NCBI RefSeq assembly: GCF_037042905.1
Contig: NC_087252.1
Coordinates: forward strand, 22,322,001-22,386,000
Reading direction: 5' to 3'
Source of the DNA: Lytechinus pictus
Taxonomy: Eukaryota
Length of the DNA stretch: 64,000 bases
Shown: positions 37,797 through 49,700 of the stretch, piece by piece
Layout of the letters: each line of letters begins with the position of its first letter
Numbering within the stretch: position 1 is the first letter of the stretch
Notes under the pieces: model-generated
Seen by the model: only the letters and a program-made list of their open reading frames with translations
The model's database searches: none
What the model was told of the DNA's origin: nothing
Program-made: the position numbers and the translations under genes

Positions 37797-40700
37797 CTGT
37801 GATAAAAAGAAGATGGATATGTGCACAACATATGAACAAAGCATCTTAACCAATTGCATATCCACAAGAGGCCCATATATCGATAAATATCTCAAAACTA
37901 TTGCAAATATTCACTGCAACCTAATGTATATTGGTATTGTACGGGTTGATTTTGTGTGGAATATCGAAATAAACTAGTGTTACTGGCCCTCATCTTTCAA
38001 ACAGAGGATACTGGATTTTCAAATAACACTGAAGGGTTTTCCTTCAACATGACATTTATCCATAAGGTTCACTAGCGTATCTAAGGGGGGGGCAGATTGC
38101 CCCCCCTGACGAGTCACAACTCATGCAAGGGACGTAACCCTGCCCCACTGACGAGTCACAACTAATCCCTGACAAGCCATAAGGCCACAAGTGGCCCCCT
38201 CTTTTGAACTTGAAGACCATTTTTTTTTTTTTTTTGCTTGTCAATTTTTTTTCTGGTATGAAATCCTTTATTTGTGGTTGAAGACCTTTTTTTTTTTTTG
38301 CTTGTCAAATTTTTTGGCGGACGAATTTGCCCCCCCCTTTGGAAAATCCTAGGTACGCCACTGATGAGGTTGCTACACTTGACCCAGGTAAGGTGAATGG
38401 GTACCTGGCAGGATTATTTCCTTGTATTTAGTATTGAGTATCGAGCACTGCTCTGCTGTCCACTGACAAAGGAACTAGATGGAATGATTTTCTTAGTAAA
38501 TGAGGAAAATATGTCATTGGTTTATGTGGAAATATAAAGAGAAACTTGCTTTTGATGTGTCTATATTTCAGAAAATACGGCCTATGTGACTTTGATTCCT
38601 CTAGCATCCTATATTGCTTACAGAAGAATATCCCGAATCAAGAAAGTCAATTTTGAAAAAGAATAAAAAAGTTGCTTCCTTTTGTCAGTGGACAGCAGTG
38701 TTGATATAGTGGTAGCACAAGCTTTAATACCCCCATCTCACTAGATGGCGATTCCACTGCGATCGTCGAAAATCGACAAAGCGTGGTATAACGTAGCTTG
38801 ATCGTGCCTTGATCTTTTCAATCTTCTCCGTCGTACCTTGATCTTTTCTGAAGCGGCAAGGATCGCCACCATCTTTATGGTCGCCACAAAATTTTGAACA
38901 TGTTCAAAACTTACGTAGCGAGATCGCGGAGGTGCTAAAGCGCATCACAATCGAGTCATGAGCGTATTACAAACGACATATTCGTAGCTGTAACGGAGCC
39001 CCAACGCATAAAGCGTAGTATAAGCGCATTAAAAGCGGCACCGATCGCCCGTGGTTTTCAGGCCCGTTCCCAAGACAATTCTGCTACGCTGCTTCCGTTT
39101 ACAAGGCGACTGCCTTGCGCTCGACACGCTTCACACAGCTTCCACCACGACGCTTCCTTCTTTGGGTGGCATGTGGCACACGTTCTCAGCCCGCTACAGG
39201 CATACGCGTTGCGCTTTTGCTGCGCCGCTGATGACTGGGCAGCGATTGCGCAACAACCGTCCGCGCTGCTATAAAACGCCGTGCCGATGGTGGCGGATTA
39301 TCATATTTGCAACAGATTACGAGGCGATACCACGGCGTTTTCAAACATACCTCCCAGAAAAAGGACCAGAAAAGGGAAAGCTGCCCAAGCTACCCCTCTT
39401 AGGCCGGCGGTCGAAGAGGAAGATCAAGGGGTTATGGTGGTGGTAGAGGAGGAGGAGGTAGAGGAGGAAGAGGAGGGGGTACAGGAGGAGGATGAAAATC
39501 TTACTGCTGAGCCAGCTGGAAAGAGAAAAAAGACGCTCACATGTCTTGATGACGAAATTGGTTACCTCTGCAGAAATAAATAAATTGACTATGTTTTGAA
39601 AATAAATTGAATTCTAACCACAGTGACAGTAGACAACATCAAATTTTGTTAATGATTCGATCACTAGTGTATTGATTGGGAAAGGCAATCTTTAGGGAGA
39701 TTCTGGCATTGTGCCCCCCTCCCCCTCCCTTTTTATGAGTGCTCTCACATCAGTAGACTACTTCTTGTCAGCAAATTTGAAAGGAATTTACCAAATATTT
39801 TTGAGTGACAAACTTTGTGGAAAAAAATAAACAGAATATCAAAGATTTTTATGCTCTTTTATGAAATTCTGGATGCATCCCTCATATTAACTATTAGGCT
39901 CATCGACATCTTTTGAATAAATTTTAAAAATATTGTATATTATGACTTAGGTGACAGCGAGGATCGGACCCTGTATCTTTTTGGCCTCCTCCTTCTCCTG
40001 TCCTCGCATTCAACTGATGTTCTTTTAGAATGCCAAGATGTATAAATCCAACCAAATTCTGGACATCCATGTTGGTCGGAGGTTGGCAATCGACTGAAAA
40101 ATGTGTCATGTGCCGCGATTAGTATGCCGATTGCTTGAAATCGTTTCAAGAGCCCATCATGAACGTAACATAATCGCTTCATTCGTAGCACTACCGTAAC
40201 GAGGTCCTAATTAGCGTATGAGCCTCGTTGTACGATCGCTTTGATCGCAGAAGCAGCGCATCACATCTGCCTCGAATCGTCGCAAGAAAGTGGCATCGTC
40301 GTACTTTCAGCGTATTACCATCGCCTTCAGCGCAGGTCGGTCGCATAGAAGTTGCAGTGCAATCGTCTCGCAGGCTAAAAATAGAATTCGAGGAAGATTC
40401 TGCTACGATTTGCGGGATTTACACAGATCGCCATGGTCGCCACGATCGCCTTCCTAGTGAGATGGGGGTATAATGACGAGGTAACACTTGTGCTATGTAT
40501 CCCCTGGCAAAAAAGCACTATATAAATCCAACTATTATTACTATTATCATAGTCAATATTTTTTTACTAGTTAAGTGCACGGTTACATTGAAAAATTTGG
40601 CCAAAAAATGGTGACTTACGAAATTGATGGTGGCAAGCAATCCCACAGTCGCTGGCTGTGTTCTTGGAGGGCAGAAGAATCCTATGAAGAAAATAATGCA

Positions 40701-43700
40701 AAGCACGATAAAAAAATTAAAAGAATAATACGCATTGTTTCTTATTGAATGCTAATAACAAAAGACTTATTGAAGCAATATTGCAAATTTTGTGAAGGGC
40801 CCTATCACCTTAAGAGCATGCTGGATTCATAAAAAATCCCAATTCAAATTTTCACAAAGACCATTGAACAAAAAATTCAATGCCCACTTCACTTTTGTAC
40901 GATGGAATGTTTTCTGATACTTACGGATAATTTGCATTTTTGACCCTTTAACAAAGTTTTGCACATTAAGCTTTGGATTTCTGACTTGGATAATTTTCTG
41001 TTTTAGGAATGGAATTTTCAAACCTACCATTAGCATTGCACATAGAAGGACATAGAAGAGCTCGCGATGTGATTGGCTGTCCTGGGGCATGTGACCTTCG
41101 ACAACGTGTACTGCATCTTCCCAGAGGGAATGTGAGAGAAGAAGCTGAAGGGCTTTCATTGGTCCATGGCTCTTATCACTGGATGGAGAGAATAAGAGGA
41201 AAAGGAAGAGAGTGTGTGTTTAATTGGCTCCATGGCATTTGCTCCCGCAACAAGAGACTAGTTGGTACATATGATCGGAAGAAGGCCATTTGGACTCAAA
41301 TAGCAAGAGCCGGGTTATTTGGACCCATCTCACTGCCGAGGGGGGGGGGATGGATTCCGCCCCCCCCCCCTGAGATCTTGGCCTTCGATCGCGCAAGCGC
41401 CGCGAAAATTTGCACAGTGGTAGTGTGCAATAAAATATACAAGGTTGTATGGTGAATTTTTTTTCAATAATAAGATTTTTTTATTTAATGAATTAATTAT
41501 GCTAATTTATGCATGAAATAAAACATTTGCTCTAATCAACTATCATATGGCCCCCGAACTGCTAATTTTTTATTCATAGACTCTTTGTAGGATCCCAATT
41601 AAATGTACTTTAAAAAAAATTTGGTATCGCAAATTTTTTCTTATGTTTTTTATTGTGTTTTCAATGGAAATTGTTGCAGACTTAATTCTGATCACAAACA
41701 AGACAAAATTAATTTAGTTTAATCAGTAAAAGTAGAAAAATTATACATTTAGGAATTTTGGCTAAATATACAATTTTGCATCGGATTTGTACATTAATTC
41801 ACGTTTTTGAGCAGTTTTGGGTCTGACATGCACTAACATAATGTTGCATAATTTTGTAACCACGTACCCGGGCATCGCAAATTTGGTCTCAAAAGTTGTG
41901 CGAGATTTGAAATTAAAAAGTCAGCGAGGGGCGCGGTTGAAAAATGTAGAGAGGAGGCATATCCCCCCCAGGCCTTTTAGGGTTAATATTCAATGTGATA
42001 AGCACCAACTTTCATGTCCTGATTATTCATAAGTTCATTGAGCTTTTTATTGGATCCACTGGAAAATAACTATGCAACAAAAAAATAATTTTATTAAACA
42101 ATTGACCAAGTAAGTACATTGTAATAGCAACATGCTAATGCATTCAAAGTAGAAATGCAACAAATACATGTACTTTCTTACATTGGTGTGCTATTCTAGT
42201 CGTATGGTCTATGTAATTTCTGCATCCTGCTATGTCAGGCATGCTTACATATTACCTTGCTTTGAAATTTGCCTTTCTCTATATGAAAAAAGGAAAGGTT
42301 ATTTGAAATAACTTTCCAATGAGGTAATACTGAACTGGTCTATTTGCACCCACTGAAAATCCACACATGAAGCTCAACATAAACTTCAACCTTATCCTAA
42401 CCTTAAACTCATACATGTACTAACATAATTCTGAACCCTAACACAAGCCTAACCCTCAGCTTACTTCTTCAGAGAAAATAGCAGAGGAGCAATTGTCGCA
42501 GGAGCAAATGTCGCATTGCCATGTTCTTTAGATTTCTATACCTTTTACCACTTAAACATTCTAAACAGCACTCACTGCAATATTACACCCACCAGCATCT
42601 GCCCGGCACAATTTCCTTACTTACAAAGAAAAAAAACAATACAAATTTGACCTACAAACAGGTAATTGTTCTCCAAGCAAGATTATTTGAATGTTTAATC
42701 TTGAACTCACTAGAGAGGGGGTAGGATACTTTTATCTAGATAAAAAATTAAATGATAGCTAATGAATTTCAAGCTTAAAATGTAATAGAAGCTTTACATA
42801 TTTTAAATTATCCTAAACGTATGACGGTGGTCCCCAAGTCTGCGCACAAAACGATTTGAGTTAAGATTTAATGTGAATTTCTTTTTACTTCACAAAATCT
42901 TTGAGTTATTAGTGTTCCTTATATTATTAGGTGGTCTGTCTATGACAGATCACCTCTTATGTTTGTCCGAATTTTCTTTCTTTATTTATTTATTATTTTT
43001 ATTTCTTATTTTTATTTCCTCCATTTCTTGTGGACAGCAAATCTCAGAAAGTTCATATTCAATAATCATCAAAATATCACCACATATCAACATCAATAAG
43101 ACCTCGATTCTGCAAGAATCTTAATGTCATGACGTCATCATGACGTCATCTAGACGCCATTTTGTAAAATCACATTATCAATCATATCTCCATTATCAAT
43201 TATCAAAAATAAATCAAATTCACATGACATAAACTTCAGATCAAGGGTCATCAGGTCATGTCATCAAAGGTCACCTGAAGGTCACGACGCGCGCGTACGC
43301 GCGCGTCAAAATTTTAAAATGCTAAAAATCACTTTTTGACCAAAACAGAGTACGTTTTAGGTCATTTTAAGCATTTCAAAAAATTGCGCGCGCAAACGTA
43401 TGCGCGCGCGTTTCCGCGCGTAACGCCTTGAATGCAACTCAGAAACACCGTTTTTTTTATTTCATTGCATTGATCATATAATTTTGAGCAAATTGATACC
43501 TTGATCAACCTTCTACGACCATTAATAAGGAAATTAACACCCGTTAAAGTTTGCAGCACGTGTGCGCGCGAGCTCTCACTATAGGCCATATATGGGCAAA
43601 AACATGCCTATAGAAAATCCGCTGTAGCTCTTCAGAACGCGTGGGGACCCCCAATTTTTTTTTCATATTTTGATAGAGTATGAACTAGAGATATAATTTC

Positions 43701-46700
43701 ATGTCTCATTTGACCCTCAATTATATTATGACGTCATCAAAATGGCGTCGGAAGTCAAAAAATCCATTTTGCCTATTATGACGTCATTATAATTATGCAA
43801 ATCTTGCTCTAACTCCGTGAATATTGGTCAATTTTCACCCAATTTTTGATATGTTGTAGCTTAGTTCTTACTCTTTCTGAGTTATTGCCTTTATTTTTCA
43901 TTTTGATAAACAGATCATCCTCAAAAATTGCAAATAATAATGGCATGTCATTTTTACTCATTTTGCGTGTAATCTCTATGGGACATGACTTTTTCTCAAA
44001 ACTAGATTCTACATTCTTCTATTTCGTAAGCCATATCTCCAATTTTTGTTGCTAGTTATCCCTGAGCTTTTAGTATGTTGTAGCTGAGATTCTAAGCTTT
44101 CGGTTGCGTTTCCTTCATTTTCCGATCAGATGTCGGGATCATGCCCGTAATTCACTTGCAAGATTGGATTTGAGATTCTGGTGTTTTGCTTACGTGTTAA
44201 GTCTATGGGAAATATTCTAGCTCAATCGGTTAGGCGTCAGACTTACTTCTCATTCCATCATGCAGGCAGGGGTTCGAGTCCGCGGGTGAACATGATTTTT
44301 TTTTTTTTTTTTTTTTTTTTAGCTATCTTGTACGAAAGACCATTAGTGCCACGGAGAAAAAAAAACACTATTTCTACTAATCTGTTATAACAGATTACGG
44401 TATTTCTACTAATCTGTTTAAACAGATTATAATATGTTATAACAGATTACAGTATTTCTACTAATCTGTTATAACAGATTACGGTATTTCTACTAATCTG
44501 TTATAACAGATTACGGTATTTCTACTAATCTGTTTAAACAGATTATAATCTGTTATAACAGATTACGGTATTTCTACTAATCTGTTATAACAGATTACGG
44601 TATTTCTACTAATTTGTTTAAACAGATTATAATCTGTTATAACATATTACGGTATTTCTACTAATCTGTTATAACAGATTACGGTATTTCTACTAATCTG
44701 TTATAACAGATTACGGTATTTCTACTAATCTGTTTAAACAGATTATCTGTTTAAACAGATTAGTAGAAATACCGTAATCTGTTATAACAGATTAGTAGAA
44801 ATACCGTAATCTGTTATAACAGATTATAATCTGTTTAAACAGATTAGTAGAAATACCGTAATCTGTTATAACAGATTAGTAGAAATACCGTAATCTGTTA
44901 TAACAGATTAGAAGAAATACCGTAATCTGTTATAACAGATTATAATCTGTTTAAACAGATTAGTAGAAATACCGTAATCTGTTATAACAGATTAGTAGAA
45001 ATACCGTAATCTGTTATAACAGATTAGTAGAAATACCGTAGTCTGTTATAACAGATTATAATCTGTTTAAACAGATTACTAGAAATACCGTAATCTGTTA
45101 TAACAGATTAGTAGAAATACCGTAATCTGTTATAACAGATTAGTAGAAATACCGGAATCTGTTATAACAGATTATAATCTGTTTAAACAGATTAGTAGAA
45201 ATACCGTAATCTGTTATAACAGATTAGTAGAAATAGTGGTTTTTTTTCTCCGTGGCACTAATGGTCTTTCGTAATCTTGCCCACGATCAATTATAAGAAT
45301 TCTAACAAATAATAGCTAAAATATTGCAAAATAAAACAGATTATAATTACTTTTTTATATCATATCTATTTATCTGTCTGTCTATCTACCTACATGACAT
45401 ATCTATCTCTCTGTCTAATATATATCTTTCTGTTTGAATACGTCCCTCTCTCTCTATCTATCCATATGTCTGTCTGTCTATCTACCTACATTGTATATCT
45501 ATCTGTCTGTTTATCTCTCTCTCTCTCTCTCTGTCTAATATATATGTATCTATCTGTTTAGATATGTCTATCTATCTATCCATCCATCTGCCTGTCTCTA
45601 TCTATCTATCTATCTATATATCTATCTATCTATCTGTCTGTCTGTCTCTCTATCTATCTATCTATCTGTCTATCTATCTATCTATCTATCTATATGTCTG
45701 TCTCTCTATTCATCTATATGTCTGTCTCTCTATCTATCTCTGTCTCGATCTCTATCAATCTATATGTCTGTCTCTGTATCTATCTATATGTCTATCTATC
45801 TATCTATCTATCTATATATCTATCTATCTATATCTATCTATATGTCTGTCTCTCTATCTATCTATATTTCTGTCTCTCTGTCTATCTATATGTTTGTCTA
45901 TCTATATGTCTGTCTATCTATCCATGAAGCTATCACGAGAAGGAGAACCATCTTCCAATTTCTCTCTTAATCCTTTGTTATCGCTTCCTTCGGGCGAAGG
46001 AACGATATCTAACATCAATTGGCGAGCCGCCAGGCGAAAGTTAGAGCCCGCTTACATAACGCGATAGGACCACGCAGCATGAAGCTATTACGAGATAGCT
46101 CGTAATAGCTTCATGATATGTCTGTCTCTCTATCTATATATATGTCTGTCTATCTATCTGTCTATCTATCTATCTGTCTGTCTCTCTTTCTATCTATATG
46201 TTTATATATGTTTTATTAATATAACCACCAATCATCTCTCTATCTATCTATATATCTATATATCTATCAATCTATCTCTCTATCTATAAGTCTGTCTCTC
46301 TATCTATCTATATGTCTGTCTCTCTATCTATATGTCTGTCTCTCTATATCTATCTATATATGTCTATGTTTTATTAATATAACCACCTATAATTTATCTC
46401 TCCATCCATCACTCCATCCATCTAATATAATTATCTTTCTTGTATGTATCTGTTTGATTATGTAAATCTGTTTGTCTATCTATTTTTCAATCTAATATCT
46501 GTTTAAATATTTTTTTCCTGTTTATCTATCTATACGACAGACCACCTAATTCGTCCGCATGACGAATTAAAATCTAGTTATAATTAAGTGTGTCAAATAT
46601 CTCATTAAAAATTGAAAGAAATATGTGATTTTCTTGGAAAAACCTCGGGCAGTCATTTTCAGATTGAACAAAAAAATGGTGCCCCATTCACTTTGCAAGC

Positions 46701-49700
46701 GATTCTGTGATTTTGATGCCATTACATGAAATGCCCCAAATTCATTACTTTCTCACCATTTTGAGGCAGATTTTTTAATGAATATCCCCCTCATGAAAAA
46801 ATAGTAATGCCAGTCCAACCTCGGATTCCCGCTATACTTACTCAAAGCTTGGTATATATGTCTATTATTTCCATGTTCCACACAAAATCAACCTGTACAA
46901 TACCAAGATACATTAGGTTGCAGTGAATATTTGCAATAGTTTTGAGATATTAATCAATATATATATTGCATGTGTCAAATTTATGTTCGTTGCGTATCTT
47001 CTTTTACTAGAATCGTGCAGATACGTGTATGCGCGGACAAGGGGGGCTGCGCAGACTTGGGGGAACTTGCCATACATGTCATGTAACCTGACCTATGCAA
47101 TGGTTTCTATATGAGAGTTGAATATAGCAGATAGGTATACCAAGCAAGCTTATGAAACATCATTTTTTTAAAACTAACAATGAATTGAGTACCTATCCAA
47201 TTGGAAAAAGGGAAACGTCATTTGCGAAAAGCTGCTCTAAAGCTAAGAACAAAAAGGCTATGTCCCTGTCATATTTTCATAATATAGATATTTGACTACT
47301 GTGAGAGGCACGGTTGTTTCTTGAGGCTCAAGGGGACCACAATGAGACTATGCCCAAGGGCATGGTCTGGATGGTGCCGTACCCGTGAGCTGAAAGAAAT
47401 AACCATTTCTTGAATAGCAGTCCATATATATTTTATGAACTGAATAGGCCTAGGTTCTAGATCTAAGTCTAACTTCTCCAAAATAGTCTAGACACTAAAT
47501 CTAGAGTCTATGGATCCAAGATCTAGATCTAAACGGAACAGCTAAAATAGTGACAAAATATAGGTCATCTAAAAGTAAAACAAGTTAGATCTAGAGATAT
47601 AGGCCTAACCTAACTTTATAGGTCTTGAATATCAAGCAGTATATACATATTTTATGAACCATATTATCAATAGCCTGAGAGTCTAACGTCTCAAAAATAG
47701 ACTAGATTGTCATATCTAAAACAATAGACCTTATGTTACGTCTAGATATCTAATTTTTAGTCTTCTACATGTAGGTCTAGACCCTACTGTAACGTTATTG
47801 AACAAAAAATGAAAATCTATATTTTATTGTTCAAAATAGACATCAGAAATGAAATACTCAGAAAATTTGTTTTGCCCAATTGATTGCGGGCCCAGCAGCC
47901 GCTGTGCAGCGCCAGATCGACGAGGCTCTATCCCTTTAATTGTTGAACGCCAAACAGGGAAGCAGCAACTTCCATCTTTTAACGTCTTTTGGTCTGACGC
48001 GACCGGGGTTTGAACCCCCGACCTCCCGGTTTTGAGACGGACGCTCTACCAACTGTGCCAACACACCGGTATTCATAACATCCGATAACGTAACCTAACA
48101 TTAGTTAGATCTAAAATTAATCTATTAACCTTCGATTCTACTCTAGCCGATCTCACCTTTTTGCAGGCATTACCGTACGGCTGAACAACATCAACAAGGC
48201 TTGATGATTGATAGTCTACATCCGTCACGACTCATGTCCGTAATTAATTCCTTTTAGATCCTTTCCAATAAAGATTTTATTTTTGAGGAATTCTCAATAA
48301 AATGTTGGGGATAAAACAAGCAGAAGTCAAGAATCCGCATCGTTCCATCGATATGTCATATCCAAATGCGCGAGTTGTATAAAATTATCGATTGAATCGC
48401 GCTGATAATCATGGTATCCGTAATCACAGCAGAAAGCAACATTATGCACACAATAAAATGAGGATCTCAGCCAAATTTAACTATGCCCGTTGTTATGGGG
48501 CAGGTCAGGGGGCAACGGGCAGAAATCTTGTCAACTATGCCCGTTGCCCCTGGTAACCGCCACAGTTTTGCAGGCATGGTCAAATACATGACCCCCCCCC
48601 TTTTGACCAATCAGAGGAACTGTTTATTCGACATACTTAGAGAGGTTTGTAACAAATTTTTTTTTTTATAAGGGTTGGCAACTCTGTATCTATGCAATAT
48701 AATCCTACCTGTCTTGAATGAGTTGTGCTTTGGCTCTGATGGCCTCCTTGGTGTCCGAAGATTCAGTTGGGTCTGGAAGAACATCTAGCACCATCCCACT
48801 GACAGATAACTACAGGAAAGAGGTTTTAACCAAAAGTGTTGTTTTGTTGATTAACCTTGTGAAGTTACACCTAACTTTCAACAGGTAGTTATTGCTTAAT
48901 TTGTGATTCATAATTAACTTGGGCGGAGGGACCATCAGGTCACAGTGATTAAGTTTTCTCTCCTCTTCCCTGGCCACCAACTGATGCACTGGGCAAACTG
49001 CTATCAAATATTGCACGTACCTGTTTAATTTTTTTATGTCATTTTATGTAATGATTGATATTGCTTTTGTAATCTTGAATATGTTTGAAGTGCCGAAGAG
49101 GTTTCAAATGTACCATGGTACAAAACCATGGACTATGCCAAATTTCTTAGTATTAAGGGCTCTTTGCCAAAAGCACGCACATAATTGGATTTTTCTTAGT
49201 GTATGCGATGAAATAATTAGCATGATTATGTACAAAAATCTGCATTAGTCCATGGTTTTGGACCATGGTACAATTCAAACTTCTTTCGAAAACAGGCCAT
49301 TAAGTTTGATGTTTGATATTAATGGAAGTTCAAACGGGTTTCAACTGGTTTAAATTAAATACGCAGTATCAAAGATTATGCAATGGTGCAAGAGGGGGGG
49401 GGGGGTCCATCCAGGTCTTGCCCCCCCCCCCCCCTGCATTTCATCGCTTATGCAAATTTATTCATACTTTTGCAAGAGATAAGACATTGACTTTAAATCA
49501 AGAATTTCCTGCACACTTTGTGGGCTTTTTGGCAAATCTCCTGTGAAAAGAATATGTTATACAACTCCCAGGAATGTTCTGTAATCTTATTGGTCCATAT
49601 CGGATCACATGATATTCAGCGAATTGCACTATTGCATCCAAAATGCACTATCCTGCACTCTGACATCATACCAAAAGTACTATCCTGCACTCTGGCTTCA

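Larger units (their letters stand above)
42820..47074. mobile_element. MITE-like element interrupted by the Helentron (ends approximate)
   Basis: Imperfect terminal inverted repeat around CCCCAAGTCTGCGCA; both halves align to the uninterrupted inverted copy at about 55928-56396. Confidence 0.7.

Noticed and set aside
44370..45240. CRISPR-like array of palindromic repeats
   Set aside because: Linkers are identical 12-mers rather than unique spacers, there are no cas genes, and the context is a eukaryotic intron with TIR and TSD.
47990..48070. tRNA gene
   Set aside because: Acceptor stem is imperfect and the sequence continues into a SINE body; the same applies to 52902-52975.
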